This document shows positions 27,432 through 37,888 of a stretch of 64,000 nt of DNA, piece by piece. The stretch spans positions 1,952,001 to 2,016,000 of the forward strand of contig OY771555.1 in NCBI GenBank assembly GCA_963674785.1, in the 5' to 3' direction. Made by a program: the position numbers and the translations under genes. The first letter of the stretch is position 1, and every line of letters begins with the position of its first letter. Under the pieces are notes generated by a model that saw only the letters and a list, made by a program, of their open reading frames with translations, was not told the origin of the DNA and made no database searches. Origin of the DNA: Caldisericia bacterium (GTDB lineage Bacteria; Caldisericota; Caldisericia; JAAYUI01).

Positions 27432-27993
27432 TCCACTCTCTCCAAAGATGATTTGTAGCAATAATTGTCATCAAACCATTTCGATTTCTTTTTTCAATTT
27501 CATCTGTCAATTTCAAAATTCCCTTTTCATCCATATGTTGCTCAGGTTCATCAAGTAATAAAACCTCAGGGTTTATCAGGAATGATGCAATCAACTTTAT
27601 TCGTTGTTTGTATCCTGATGAAAGCTCGCCATATTTTTTATCGAGGTGATCTTCAATATCCCAACCTGAAACATCTGGAAATGCTTTTTTCTTCAGGTTT
27701 GATACAAGCTTAATATTTTCCACAACTGTCAACTCATGATAAAGAGAAACATCAGGGGAACAGAGAAATATACTTTTCATTTCATTAGTTTCAAAACCCT
27801 TCGAAAAACCAACAAACTCTAATTCACCTTCTGTTTGTTTTTGAAGCCCAGAGATAACCCTAAGCAAAGTAGTTTTTCCAGAGCCATTTGAGCCCAAAAC
27901 AACAGATATTCCAGAATCAAATCGCACAGACAAATCAGAAAAAACTTCCTTGTCTGAAAATTCCATTTTTAAAGATTTAACATTCACACGCAC
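27412..27993 (-). CDS. ccmA: ABC ATPase CcmA
   Basis: GSNGSGKTT, LSSGYKQR, LLLDEP; first gene of the ccm operon. Confidence 0.88.
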   Translation of the reverse strand: MRVNVKSLKMEFSDKEVFSDLSVRFDSGISVVLGSNGSGKTTLLRVISGLQKQTEGELEFVGFSKGFETNEMKSIFLCSPDVSLYHELTVVENIKLVSNLKKKAFPDVSGWDIEDHLDKKYGELSSGYKQRIKLIASFLINPEVLLLDEPEQHMDEKGILKLTDEIEKRNRNGLMTIIATNHLWREWNVVVKL

Positions 27994-28000
27994 ACATGAA

Positions 28001-28028
28001 AGTATAAATTATCATATAATCTGGTCAA
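28001..28028 (-). promoter_or_regulatory. ccm promoter TTGACC-N16-TATACT, likely leaderless
   Basis: -10 is 7 nt from GTG 27993; no SD. Confidence 0.7.
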
Positions 28029-28059
28029 TATAATCCATCTGTCTTCTCAATAAATAGAT

Positions 28060-28087
28060 TTGTAAAATTTTATCTATCATGTAGAAT
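28060..28087 (+). promoter_or_regulatory. thl-hbd promoter TTGTAA-N16-TAGAAT
   Basis: Hexamers read directly; 16-bp spacer. Confidence 0.6.
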
Positions 28088-28125
28088 ACCCCTCGAGAAA
28101 TAAACATAGTTCGGAAGGAGAGATT

Positions 28126-29301
28126 ATGTCTAAGGGATACATTTTATCAGCAGCAAGAACTCCAATTGGAAAATTCATGGGAAGTTTGTCAGGATTTCCA
28201 GCAACCAAACTTGGAGCTTTTGCAATCAAAGAAGCAGTAAAAAGAGCAGGAATCGACGGATCAGAGGTTAGTGAAGTCATCATGGGCCAGGTTGTGCCAG
28301 CGGGTGCTGGTCAGAACCCAGCAAGACAGGCAACAATTCACTCTGGGCTCCCGGAAACAACTAATTCACTTACAATCAACAAGGTTTGTGGTTCTGGACT
28401 CAAAGCAATTATGCTTGGGTCACAGGCAATCCAACTCGGTGAAGCGGAAGCTGTTGTTGCAGGTGGTATGGAATCAATGACTAATGCACCATATCTTCTT
28501 GAGAATGGTCGATACGGCGGATATCGCTATGGTGATGGCAAACTCGTTGATGGAGTTATAAGAGATGGTCTCTGGTGTGCATTCGAAGGTGTCCATATGG
28601 GTAATCTCGCTGAGTACACCGCCAAAAAAGCAAACATCTCAAGAGAAGATTCTGACGAATACGCATTTAACTCGCAGGAAAAAGCAAAAAAAGCACTTGC
28701 GGAAGGATATTTTGATTGGGAAACATTTGATATTGAAATCCCACAGAGAAAAAAAGATCCAATAATCTTTGCAAAAGATGAAACACCAAGACCAACCGAT
28801 ATGGCGACACTTCAGAAACTCAGACCAGCATTTGATAAAGAAGGTGTAATCACAGCAGGAAATGCACCAGGTCTTTCTGATGGTGGTGCAGCAGTTGTCG
28901 TTGGTTCAGAAAAAATGATGGAAAAACATGGTGCTCTCGCAAAGATTGTTGATTACGCATCAGCTCATCTTGCACCAAAAGATGTTTTCTTCGCTCCAAT
29001 CGAAGCTGTCAAAAAAGTGCTTACAAAAACAGGCATGAATATCAACGACTTTGATGCAATCGAAGCAAACGAAGCATTTGCTGTCCAGTGTCTTGCAGAC
29101 GGAAGAGAACTTGGCTGGGATTGGAACAAGGTAAACATTGCTGGTGGAGCAATCGCTCTTGGTCACCCAATTGGTTGCTCGGGTGCAAGAATCATTGCAA
29201 CACTTATAGGAAATCTCAGAAGAACCGGTGGCAAAAAAGGTCTTGCAACCCTCTGTCTTGGTGGCGGTGGTGCTGTTGCAATGGCAATTGAGCTTGTATA
29301 A
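28126..29301 (+). CDS. thlA: Acetyl-CoA acetyltransferase (thiolase)
   Basis: NKVCGSG, NEAFA, GGAIALGHPIG.SG, LCLGGG. Confidence 0.95.
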   Translation: MSKGYILSAARTPIGKFMGSLSGFPATKLGAFAIKEAVKRAGIDGSEVSEVIMGQVVPAGAGQNPARQATIHSGLPETTNSLTINKVCGSGLKAIMLGSQAIQLGEAEAVVAGGMESMTNAPYLLENGRYGGYRYGDGKLVDGVIRDGLWCAFEGVHMGNLAEYTAKKANISREDSDEYAFNSQEKAKKALAEGYFDWETFDIEIPQRKKDPIIFAKDETPRPTDMATLQKLRPAFDKEGVITAGNAPGLSDGGAAVVVGSEKMMEKHGALAKIVDYASAHLAPKDVFFAPIEAVKKVLTKTGMNINDFDAIEANEAFAVQCLADGRELGWDWNKVNIAGGAIALGHPIGCSGARIIATLIGNLRRTGGKKGLATLCLGGGGAVAMAIELV

Positions 29302-29313
29302 GGAGAGAGTATA

Positions 29314-30168
29314 ATGGATATTAAAAAAGTCGGAGTCATCGGTGGTGGCGTAATGGGCAACGGTATTGTCCACGTTTTTGCACAAACCGGATATGAAGTA
29401 ACCATGGTTGAAGTTACCCCAGAACTTTGTGATAAAGCAAAGGCAAAAATCACAAAAAACCTTGGCAGAATGGTTACAAAAGAAAAAATCACACAGGCTG
29501 ATGCAGATGCAACCTTAGCCAGAATCAAACTCACAACAGAGCTTTCAGATCTCGCTGATTGTGGACTTGTTGTTGAAGCAGTTACTGAAAAACGTGAAGT
29601 CAAATACTCAATTTACGAAAAGCTCAACGAAACCCTCTCAGATGAAGCAATCCTTGCAACAAATACATCAACAATCTCAATAACAGAACTTGCAGCAAAA
29701 TACAAAAAACCAGAAAACTTCATCGGCATGCACTTTATGAATCCGGTACCAATCATGAAGCTCATCGAGATCATCCGTGGAATGCTCACATCTGACGAAG
29801 TCTATAATACAATCGATGAAATTTCTAAAAAACTTGGCAAGATTCCAGCAGTTGCAAATGACTTCCCAGGATTTGTCAGCAACCGTCTGCTCATGCCAAT
29901 GCTCAATGAAGCTGTTTATTGCCTCATGGAAGGTGTCGCAACAAAAGAAAACATCGACACAGTCATGAAACTTGGCATGAACCACCCAATGGGACCACTT
30001 GAGCTTGCTGACCTCATCGGACTTGATACCTGCCTTAACATCATGGAAGTTCTTTTCGAAGGACTCGGAGATAGTAAATACAGACCATGCCCACTTCTTA
30101 GAAAAATGGTTGCAGCAGGACTTCTTGGAAGAAAATCAGGAAAAGGATTCTACGACTACACAAAATAA
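29314..30168 (+). CDS. hbd: 3-hydroxybutyryl-CoA dehydrogenase
   Basis: [49 protein letters not shown]. Confidence 0.95.
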   Translation: MDIKKVGVIGGGVMGNGIVHVFAQTGYEVTMVEVTPELCDKAKAKITKNLGRMVTKEKITQADADATLARIKLTTELSDLADCGLVVEAVTEKREVKYSIYEKLNETLSDEAILATNTSTISITELAAKYKKPENFIGMHFMNPVPIMKLIEIIRGMLTSDEVYNTIDEISKKLGKIPAVANDFPGFVSNRLLMPMLNEAVYCLMEGVATKENIDTVMKLGMNHPMGPLELADLIGLDTCLNIMEVLFEGLGDSKYRPCPLLRKMVAAGLLGRKSGKGFYDYTK

Positions 30169-30190
30169 TCCCCGCCTTATTTATAAAAAC

Positions 30191-30221
30191 AAACCCCCGA
30201 TGGAGATCATCGGGGGTTTTT
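30191..30221. terminator. Intrinsic terminator, probably bidirectional
   Basis: AAACCCCCGATG-GAGAT-CATCGGGGGTTTTT between convergent genes. Confidence 0.9.
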
Positions 30222-30249
30222 CATTTATCTAAAACAATCTTAGGAAAGA

Positions 30250-30819
30250 TTATATTCCTGAATCTATTCTTTTTTCTAGGAACAGCTCTCCATTGATTTC
30301 TTTGTAAACATGCAAAATCCAACCAAGTGATGCACCCTCAGTCGGGAAACAGAGGAAGAAATCTTGCTTGTCTTCTGTTACAAGTTCCGGTCTTAAGAAA
30401 GGAACACCAAAGGTTTTTTCGGCGGTCTCGATGATATGCTCATCAGTCAAGATTTCATCAGCCCACCCGAGTACATTGATCGACATCATAAGCGGTAAAT
30501 CCTGGGTGATCTCTCCAGTTTTCCACGCAGAGATGTGGTACACCAAAAAACGTCCTTTTTCACCGTAAATATCAAGGTATGGGCTTTCCTCTGAATGTAC
30601 AGGGATTGACACAAGCGCATCTGCTGAATTCAGTTTCATCATCAAGCCAGGGATCAACTCCAAAGTTTTGTTCGGGGCATACAACTTGTAATCATCTGTC
30701 ATTGGGATGTTTGCCCACTTTGAATCCATATCAATTCCAACCTCAAGACTTGTAGTACATCCAGCAAACACAAACAAAATGACCAAAACGAGAATCAGAG
30801 AATAATTTTTTATATTCAT
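30250..30819 (-). CDS. Hypothetical lipoprotein
   Basis: Lipobox FAGC after a hydrophobic stretch; overlaps the upstream gene. Confidence 0.7.
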   Translation of the reverse strand: MNIKNYSLILVLVILFVFAGCTTSLEVGIDMDSKWANIPMTDDYKLYAPNKTLELIPGLMMKLNSADALVSIPVHSEESPYLDIYGEKGRFLVYHISAWKTGEITQDLPLMMSINVLGWADEILTDEHIIETAEKTFGVPFLRPELVTEDKQDFFLCFPTEGASLGWILHVYKEINGELFLEKRIDSGI

Positions 30820-31364
30820 TGTTTCAAATCAACAATCGCTATCTTCTCTTCAGGGGTCTGTCCAGTGTTAAATATCTCCAGTGTAATTCCGAGCAAGTTT
30901 CCAGGACCATCAATCATTACAAATCCATCAACCTGTTTTTTGATAATTCCTTTTGCAGTTACAAGTGATGTTAGCCCAGTCTTTTTCTCGTATTCAGCCA
31001 TTGCTGAAAATGATCTTGCGGGAAGATAAACATTTCCGTGAACATCAACCAGTTGGTATCGTACATCTTTTAGATTCAAATATGGCGTTTCACCTGGATT
31101 GATATTCACATTGACAATATAGAAGAATCCTTGCTCGGGATAATATGGGGTTCCTGTTGTGTCATCTTCGAGTGTTTGAAAAATGACAGTTTCTCTTGTT
31201 GGTATTTCAACACTCCAAGTACATCCTCGAAGCTCAAACTCCTTCTCAGCAACTTCAAACGTGTGAGTAACAGCACTTTTTTCGGCACCACATGAAACGA
31301 ATGAAACAAACCCAACTAAAAGTATCAAAACAAAGACTATTCCGGTTTTTCTAAATCTTTCCAT
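30816..31364 (-). CDS. Hypothetical lipoprotein (DUF4352-like)
   Basis: Lipobox FVSC; FYIVNVNI..G...YQLVD.HGNVY pattern. Confidence 0.65.
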   Translation of the reverse strand: MERFRKTGIVFVLILLVGFVSFVSCGAEKSAVTHTFEVAEKEFELRGCTWSVEIPTRETVIFQTLEDDTTGTPYYPEQGFFYIVNVNINPGETPYLNLKDVRYQLVDVHGNVYLPARSFSAMAEYEKKTGLTSLVTAKGIIKKQVDGFVMIDGPGNLLGITLEIFNTGQTPEEKIAIVDLKQ

Positions 31365-31654
31365 ATTTCCTCCAGGTTATAATATATTCGTTCTTCTTTT
31401 TCCATCAGATGAACAATTATATCTCCAAAATCGAGAAGCACCCATCTTGACGTAAAATCGCCTTCAACTTTTCGATTTTTAATTTTTAAGTTTTTCGCCG
31501 TTTTAAGCAAGCTTGTAATTATAGCTTTTGTCTGTGGGGACGAAACAACCGTTGCAATCAGAAAACAATCACACATCGGTGATTTTCCCGTCAGATCAAT
31601 TTCGGTAATATCAACAGCTTTAAGCTCCTCAAGTGTTTCCTTGAGCTTGTCCAC
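31337..31654 (-). CDS. rsfS: Ribosome silencing factor
   Basis: KAVDI..IDL, D.F.IAT, VEG...RWVLLDFGDIIVH....R.YYNLE.IW; exact start uncertain. Confidence 0.93.
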   Translation of the reverse strand: MDKLKETLEELKAVDITEIDLTGKSPMCDCFLIATVVSSPQTKAIITSLLKTAKNLKIKNRKVEGDFTSRWVLLDFGDIIVHLMEKEERIYYNLEEIWKDLEKPE

Positions 31655-31696
31655 CTGTTCCCTAATTATTGCTTCCAGAATAATCCTCCTTATTCC

Positions 31697-32299
31697 TTAT
31701 ACGTATAAACCATTCAACCTAGTGTATTCTAGTACAGATAAAGGTGTTAAACAATTACATGTCAAACCTTCATTTAGTCTTTTCCTAACCAAAGTTGAAG
31801 AAATACTGTTTAATGGGTAGTCCAATTTATGCGAATCCGTCTTAACTGGCAAAGTATCTATCGCACCTTTTGCTTCTTTGAAAGAAACATCCCCTCTTTC
31901 GGCAACAATAAATTCAACATTTTCTGCAACCTTTTCAGGGTTTTTCCATTTCGGCAAAGTCACAATTGAATCACTTCCAGTGATATAGAAGAGTTCGTTA
32001 CCTTTGTAAATCTCTTTGATTCTTCCGACACCTTCGAACGCAAAAACTGGTCTACCTTCGAAAAGCTCGACATCTGAAACCTCAAATCCATCAAGAGAAG
32101 AAATAGCCAAAACACACATATTATACCTGTGAAATTCAGCAATTGGTTTTGAATCTTTATAAAAACCAAAAACAGAACAAGGCACAACAAGAATCTTATC
32201 AAGAAAAAACTGGTCTTTTGCAAAAATCCCAAGCTGAAGATGTGCGTAAGTTGGTGGATTAAAAGAGCCGCCGAGAATACCAATTCTACTCAAGCACAA
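31697..32299 (-). CDS. nadD: Nicotinate-nucleotide adenylyltransferase
   Basis: GILGGSFNPPTYAH, ITGSD, W, ISSTLVR; synteny obgE-nadD-rsfS. Confidence 0.92.
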   Translation of the reverse strand: MCLSRIGILGGSFNPPTYAHLQLGIFAKDQFFLDKILVVPCSVFGFYKDSKPIAEFHRYNMCVLAISSLDGFEVSDVELFEGRPVFAFEGVGRIKEIYKGNELFYITGSDSIVTLPKWKNPEKVAENVEFIVAERGDVSFKEAKGAIDTLPVKTDSHKLDYPLNSISSTLVRKRLNEGLTCNCLTPLSVLEYTRLNGLYV

Positions 32300-33536
32300 A
32301 CCTCTCTGAACCGATTACAATCATATCTCCATCTGCTGCACCCATGGTTCTAAGTTTCTTCTCGATACCAACTCTCTCCATCTGTCTATGAACAAATGCT
32401 CTACCATCGACGCTATTTATGTCTGTTGCGTGGATAATTCTCTCGAGAGGTTCATATTCAACAATAAACTCACCATCGACAACAGTGATGTCAATTTTTC
32501 TCTTAGGAACGATCAATCTGATTTGATTTGTGACCTGAGTTTTTGGCGCTGGGGTTTCTATGATTTTGTCACCCATCATCTGCATCAATTCATCAGTATT
32601 GATCCTCTCCTTGGCAGAGATACTCATATACTTGATATTCCTGATTTCAGCGAATTCTCTCAACTCTTTTTCTGTATCCTCGGCAACAATATCAATCTTG
32701 TTTCCAACAATAAAAGCTGGTTTTGCATATGTTTCTTCTGAGTAGAGTTTAATTTCATTCCATAAGGTTTTCAGTGTTTCAACTGCATTACCTTCTGAAA
32801 GATCGATAAGGTACATTAGAATTCTGCATCGTTCGACGTGTCTCAAAAACTCTAAACCAAGACCTTTACCAACCGATGCGCCCTCAATCAAACCAGGAAT
32901 ATCTGCAACAGTATACCTACTCCAATCAGGAAGTGTCACCACTCCAAGAGATGGCTCAAGTGTTGTAAACGGATAATCACCAATCTTTGGTCTCGCATTT
33001 GAAATATTATTCAAAAGGGTGGATTTACCAGCATTTGGTAGTCCAACAAGACCGACATCTGCAAGAAGCTTCAACTCAATTCTGAGCCTGTACTTTTCAC
33101 CTTTTTCGCCACCAGTTGCGATGTGTGGAGATTGCCTTCGAGCATTTTTAAAATTAACGTTACCAAGTCCACCTCTGCCACCTTTTGCAACGAGGAATTC
33201 TTGACCATCTTCAACAAGATCAGCAATAAATGTGGATTCTGGATCAGTAAACACGGTAACACCAACAGGTACCTTTATGAAAAGATCCTTACCTGATGCA
33301 CCTGTTTTTTGGGAACCCTGTCCAGGTTTGCCATTGTCTGCCTTCTGAAATGGTTTGTCCTTAATGTCAGAAAGGTCGCTTAAACTGGAATCAGCTACAA
33401 GATAAACATCTCCGCCTCTTCCACCGCGACCTCCTGATGGACCACCCTTTGGTTCGTATTTTGCTCGACGAAAGGCAACAACACCATCTCCGCCACGACC
33501 GGCCTGAACGGTTACAGTTACCTCGTCAATAAACAT
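32286..33536 (-). CDS. obgE: GTPase ObgE/CgtA
   Basis: MFIDEV, Gly-rich Obg fold, GLPNAGKST, YPFTT, DIPG, NKID, C-terminal OCT domain. Confidence 0.97.
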   Translation of the reverse strand: MFIDEVTVTVQAGRGGDGVVAFRRAKYEPKGGPSGGRGGRGGDVYLVADSSLSDLSDIKDKPFQKADNGKPGQGSQKTGASGKDLFIKVPVGVTVFTDPESTFIADLVEDGQEFLVAKGGRGGLGNVNFKNARRQSPHIATGGEKGEKYRLRIELKLLADVGLVGLPNAGKSTLLNNISNARPKIGDYPFTTLEPSLGVVTLPDWSRYTVADIPGLIEGASVGKGLGLEFLRHVERCRILMYLIDLSEGNAVETLKTLWNEIKLYSEETYAKPAFIVGNKIDIVAEDTEKELREFAEIRNIKYMSISAKERINTDELMQMMGDKIIETPAPKTQVTNQIRLIVPKRKIDITVVDGEFIVEYEPLERIIHATDINSVDGRAFVHRQMERVGIEKKLRTMGAADGDMIVIGSERFVLE

Positions 33537-33793
33537 TAGCCTACTGGTTCAACAACGCAACGTTTTCCCTTTTTGCCCATTCTGTTAAAATGGACTGTTC
33601 CAGAGATTGTTGCAAAGATTGTATGGTCTTTTCCAAGACCCGTTCCGATACCTGGATAAATCTTTGTTCCACGCTGTCTAACGATAATTCCACCGGCAGT
33701 TACAAACTGACCATCAGCAATTTTCACACCAAGATATTTTGGATTACTGTCTCTACCGTTTTTCGCAGAACCACTCGATTTCTTATGTGCCAT
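33536..33793 (-). CDS. rpmA: 50S ribosomal protein L27
   Basis: [29 protein letters not shown]. Confidence 0.97.
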   Translation of the reverse strand: MAHKKSSGSAKNGRDSNPKYLGVKIADGQFVTAGGIIVRQRGTKIYPGIGTGLGKDHTIFATISGTVHFNRMGKKGKRCVVEPVG

Positions 33794-33798
33794 TCTTC

Positions 33799-34875
33799 CT
33801 ATCCTCCTACATAACGCTTAATAATATAATCACTGTCCATCAAATGGAGCAGCGCCGAGTACCCAGGTCTAAACGTCAAGGTACAACCGGTTCTTATCAT
33901 TCCTGCATCCTCCACATCAACAACCATATGATCAGAGGAAGCGTCGATTAATACTACTCCATCATCAAGCGGTGTCAACAATGAAGGGATTGTATCTTGT
34001 TTTCCCACATTCAAAATTGCCCTTTTCCGCACACCCATATCTTTAAATTCTGGGCTTTCACCCATCGCATTCTGGGCAAATTTACCCCACGGTTTTGATG
34101 GTTTATCATAACATTCAATTACCTCAGCAACCAATTTGAATGTATCAATATTGAATCCGGGTATGTATTCTCTTGTGAGAACATTTGTCCCCAAAACGAT
34201 ACTCTCACCAACATGGAGCTCATTGATTCCATCAGGGATACTGTTATCAATCACCATCGGCAAAACATTTGATCCACCACCTGCAACAATTGGAAAGCTT
34301 ACTCCTAACTCAGTTTTTATTTGTTCATTTATCTTTAATAATTCACCAAGGTTTTCTATTGTTGGCATCGCACCTGAGAGACAGGTCAAAGTTGTTCCAA
34401 TTCCTGCAACCTCAATACCATTGAGATTCATCGATGACTGAACAACCGACAAAAATTGATCCTTTGGTATTCCTTCTCGAAGGTCACCAAGCTCAACCAG
34501 AAGAATTATGGAGTGTTTTTTATTATATTTTTCGGCAATCTCTGAAATTCGGTTTATTGTAGAAATATCAGTTTGAAGGCTGACATCAACATTTTTCACC
34601 AAATCTTCAAGGGATGAAAAACCTGGTGATCTTATTGACATCAACTTTGCATCAGGAAAGCTTTCCCTCAATCGAAGTAGATTTTGAATTCTGGAATCAG
34701 CAAGACCCTTGCATCCACATTTCAAAAGCACCTCGGAAATTCTTCTATCTGCTAAAAATGATTTAGTAACACACCAAACATCAATACCTTTTTTTTCACA
34801 AATGTTTATGATTTTTTCAGCATTTTGTGCTATCTTATCCAAGTTTATCTCAAGTATAGGTGTTATCTCCTGCAT
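33799..34875 (-). CDS. PLP-dependent alanine/ornithine racemase family protein (Orr/YhfX-like)
   Basis: VTK PLP lysine, [39 protein letters not shown]. Confidence 0.85.
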   Translation of the reverse strand: MQEITPILEINLDKIAQNAEKIINICEKKGIDVWCVTKSFLADRRISEVLLKCGCKGLADSRIQNLLRLRESFPDAKLMSIRSPGFSSLEDLVKNVDVSLQTDISTINRISEIAEKYNKKHSIILLVELGDLREGIPKDQFLSVVQSSMNLNGIEVAGIGTTLTCLSGAMPTIENLGELLKINEQIKTELGVSFPIVAGGGSNVLPMVIDNSIPDGINELHVGESIVLGTNVLTREYIPGFNIDTFKLVAEVIECYDKPSKPWGKFAQNAMGESPEFKDMGVRKRAILNVGKQDTIPSLLTPLDDGVVLIDASSDHMVVDVEDAGMIRTGCTLTFRPGYSALLHLMDSDYIIKRYVGG

Positions 34876-34881
34876 AAGCTC

Positions 34882-34911
34882 ATCCTATCACATGGGTACG
34901 ATTTTGGTCAA
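34882..34911 (-). promoter_or_regulatory. Promoter TTGACC-N18 with extended TGa-TAGGAT, likely leaderless
   Basis: -10 is 6 nt from ATG 34875. Confidence 0.55.
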
Positions 34912-35007
34912 GGAAAAATTCTGATTATCAGTAAATTTCTTGACTTGTCACCGATATATGAATTACTATAGGCAAGTTATTGATATACTTATTGAGGTGT
35001 TGTAATC

Positions 35008-36363
35008 ATGAAAGGAAATGATTGGGCAAGATTAGTATTCATTCTGCTCATCGTTGCTCTCTCAGTTTGGGTGGCATTTTTTCCAAGCACACTCACTGTT
35101 GAGAAAACGGTTCAGACTGAATCAGGACAGCCAAAAACAGTTGTGGGTCCAAAATACCCATACCGCCTAGGTCTCGACCTTCAGGGTGGTGTTCACGTAG
35201 TACTTGAAGCAGAGAAACCTGCTGAAGGTGAAATCACTGACGAAGCAATGGAAAGGACTGTTGCAGTTCTCCAGAACCGTGTCAATAGTCTTGGTGTTGC
35301 CGACACAATTGTTCAGCGTCAGGGAAACAAAAATCGTATCCTTGTTGACCTTCCAGGTTATCAGGATAAAGAACTCGCTCTCTCCATTCTTGGAAGAACA
35401 GCAAGACTTGAGTTCAGAAAATACGATGGAACTGTAATTCTCACCGGTGAACATGTTAAGTCAGCCAAAGCACTCTTTGGTCAAGGAAACAGTGGAACAG
35501 GCAATGAATGGCAGATCGCATTTGAACTCGATGCTCAGGGTACAACTCTTTTTGCAGACGCAACAAGAGAAGCAGCTGGATATCCAAAGGGTGATGAAAA
35601 AAATACAATCTCCATCTGGCTTGACGAAGACGAACTCATGAGTCCAGGCGTCAATGATCCAATTGAAACTGGTTCTGGTGTTATCACAAGTGGTGGCGGA
35701 GATCTCGATTCACAGAGAGCATGGGCAACCCAGAATGCTCTGCTCATCGAGGGTGGTGCGCTTCCATTACAGCTTAACGCAGACCCAGCAGAACTTAGAG
35801 TTGTTGGTGCATCCCTTGGACAGGATACCGTAAATAATGTCGGACTTGCAGCAATTATCGCAATCCTCCTTATTGCAATCTATATGCTTTTCTACTACAG
35901 AGGAATGGGATTCTTTGCAGTTATTTCACTGGCAATCTACGCATGTATCTACCTTGCACTTCTGCTCCTTGTTGGTGCAACATTCTCGTTACCAGCAATC
36001 GGTGCAGCGATCCTATCTGTAGGTATGGCGGTTGACGCAAACGTAATCATCTTTGAGAGAATCAAAGAAGAGCTTGCAGAAGGCAAAACTCCAACATCAG
36101 CAGTTGCAAATGGTTTCTCAAAAGGTTTCTCAACCATTTTTGATGCAAACTTCACAACCCTTGTTGGTGCCGGTGTTCTTTATTGGCTCGCAACTGGAGC
36201 CGTAAAGGGATTCGCGGTCACACTCGCATTTGGTATCTTTGCATCTTTCTTCACAGCTCTTTTTGTTGCAAGATTCCTTATGGATATGATGACAAAATTT
36301 ATGAAACCTGCTCCAGGCTCAAAAATGTTTGACTTCCTTTATGGAGTAGGAGGTAGAAAATGA
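35008..36363 (+). CDS. secD: Protein translocase subunit SecD
   Basis: LGLDLQGG, RVNSLGV, GALP, VGASLG, GMAVDANVIIFERIKEE, DAN.TT, VKGFAVTL. Confidence 0.96.
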   Translation: MKGNDWARLVFILLIVALSVWVAFFPSTLTVEKTVQTESGQPKTVVGPKYPYRLGLDLQGGVHVVLEAEKPAEGEITDEAMERTVAVLQNRVNSLGVADTIVQRQGNKNRILVDLPGYQDKELALSILGRTARLEFRKYDGTVILTGEHVKSAKALFGQGNSGTGNEWQIAFELDAQGTTLFADATREAAGYPKGDEKNTISIWLDEDELMSPGVNDPIETGSGVITSGGGDLDSQRAWATQNALLIEGGALPLQLNADPAELRVVGASLGQDTVNNVGLAAIIAILLIAIYMLFYYRGMGFFAVISLAIYACIYLALLLLVGATFSLPAIGAAILSVGMAVDANVIIFERIKEELAEGKTPTSAVANGFSKGFSTIFDANFTTLVGAGVLYWLATGAVKGFAVTLAFGIFASFFTALFVARFLMDMMTKFMKPAPGSKMFDFLYGVGGRK

Positions 36364-37850
36364 TAATTTGGGATCCAAAAAAATGGGATATTATCGGTAA
36401 ACTCCGAATCCTTATGATCAGTTTCATCACAGTAATCATTGTTGGAGCATTATTGATTGGATTCAGATGGGCAACAACAGGACAGTCTGTTGATGTTGCA
36501 CACATCGTTTTTGAAAATGAAATCGAAGGCGAGTCAGCAGATATTACAACCAAGTCGGCGGAACTTATCGTTGACATGGAACTTGTCAATGCATCAATTT
36601 CAACTGGTATCAGTAAGGTAAACGTTGCAGCCGAAGAAAACTCAGAAACAGGCGCAGCAGTAGACTATCAGGACATTCAGAATGTTATTGAGATTCAGGC
36701 TGACAGCATCAGTGATGCTCAGTACAAGGAAATTTCAACAATACTTCAGGGTGAATACGGAACTGCAGTTGACTCACCAAGTGCAAAGTATGCTGAAGCA
36801 TCTAAACTCATCACCAAGAAAATTTCAGGTCAGCCATGGAACTGGGGACTTGATTTCACTGGTGGAACAATTGTTGAACTTACATTCGAAGAACCATTTG
36901 TTGAAAATGGTGAAGCAATGGAAGATTCAGCTGTTATCGCCGAAGTCAGAGGACTTTTCTCAAAACACGGTATTTCCGTTGGAGCCATCCAGGTTCAGAG
37001 AAAAGCTGGTACGACAGAGGCTGGTGTAAAGGTTGCAAACTCACTCCTCATCAGAACTCAGGAAGCATCACAAACAAAACTTCAGGTTGTAATCGATGAC
37101 CTACATGACAGGTTTGGTGAAGAAGTCGAAGATCAGCAGAGAATCGATACAATTGGTCCAGTTATCGGTGATGAACTTAAAGCAACTGCATGGAAAGCTC
37201 TTCTTTGGGCTCTTTCAATCATCTTCCTTTATATCGCATTCAGATTTGAACCAAAGGCATCTGTTGCAGCCATTGCATGTCTTGTTCATGATCTCTTCTT
37301 TGTTCTCGGTGTGCTTTCACTCTTCTGGGTCGAACTCAATCTTGCAGCTGTAGCGGCACTTCTGGCGATGATATCTTACGACGTTCAAGACACAGTTGTT
37401 ATCATGGATCGTGTCCGTGAGAATTCAAAACTTTGGCTTGGGAAGATTACCTATCCAGAAATGATCAACCTCTCGGTTACACAGACATTCATGAGATCGT
37501 TCAATACCTCTGTAACAACCCTCTTCTCAATTCTGGTTCTTCTTTTCTTCGGTGGAAGAACAATTCTTGACTTCACACTCATCCTCTTCCTTGGACTTTT
37601 AGCCGGAACATTCTCATCAATCTACATTGCAGCCCCATTGCTTGTTGTGTGGAAAAATGCTGGTGCTAAATATGCCGGTGGAGAAGCTGAAACATATAAT
37701 CTTTCTGGAAACAATGGCGTCAAAGACATGAAGATTGACGTTGAAGAAGAAGTTTCTGATGCTCCAGTTCAAAAGGCACAGTTAGTAAAAAAATCTGGTC
37801 CTCCTCCAAAAAAGAGAAGACCAGGACAGAGAAAGAAAAAACGTAGCTAA
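36360..37850 (+). CDS. secF: Protein translocase subunit SecF with extra extracytoplasmic insert
   Basis: GLDFTGG, IGP.IG.EL, FRFE, L.HD, DTVVI.DR.REN, QT..RS.NTS.TT, GTFSSIYIA.P. Confidence 0.93.
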   Translation: MIIWDPKKWDIIGKLRILMISFITVIIVGALLIGFRWATTGQSVDVAHIVFENEIEGESADITTKSAELIVDMELVNASISTGISKVNVAAEENSETGAAVDYQDIQNVIEIQADSISDAQYKEISTILQGEYGTAVDSPSAKYAEASKLITKKISGQPWNWGLDFTGGTIVELTFEEPFVENGEAMEDSAVIAEVRGLFSKHGISVGAIQVQRKAGTTEAGVKVANSLLIRTQEASQTKLQVVIDDLHDRFGEEVEDQQRIDTIGPVIGDELKATAWKALLWALSIIFLYIAFRFEPKASVAAIACLVHDLFFVLGVLSLFWVELNLAAVAALLAMISYDVQDTVVIMDRVRENSKLWLGKITYPEMINLSVTQTFMRSFNTSVTTLFSILVLLFFGGRTILDFTLILFLGLLAGTFSSIYIAAPLLVVWKNAGAKYAGGEAETYNLSGNNGVKDMKIDVEEEVSDAPVQKAQLVKKSGPPPKKRRPGQRKKKRS

Positions 37851-37888
37851 TAATTTTGATTAAACAATTAGGGATGGAGGTTCCCCGG

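Noticed and set aside
28059-28080. Rex operator upstream of thl-hbd
   Set aside because: Only the left half (TTGTAAA) resembles the consensus; better explained as the -35 box
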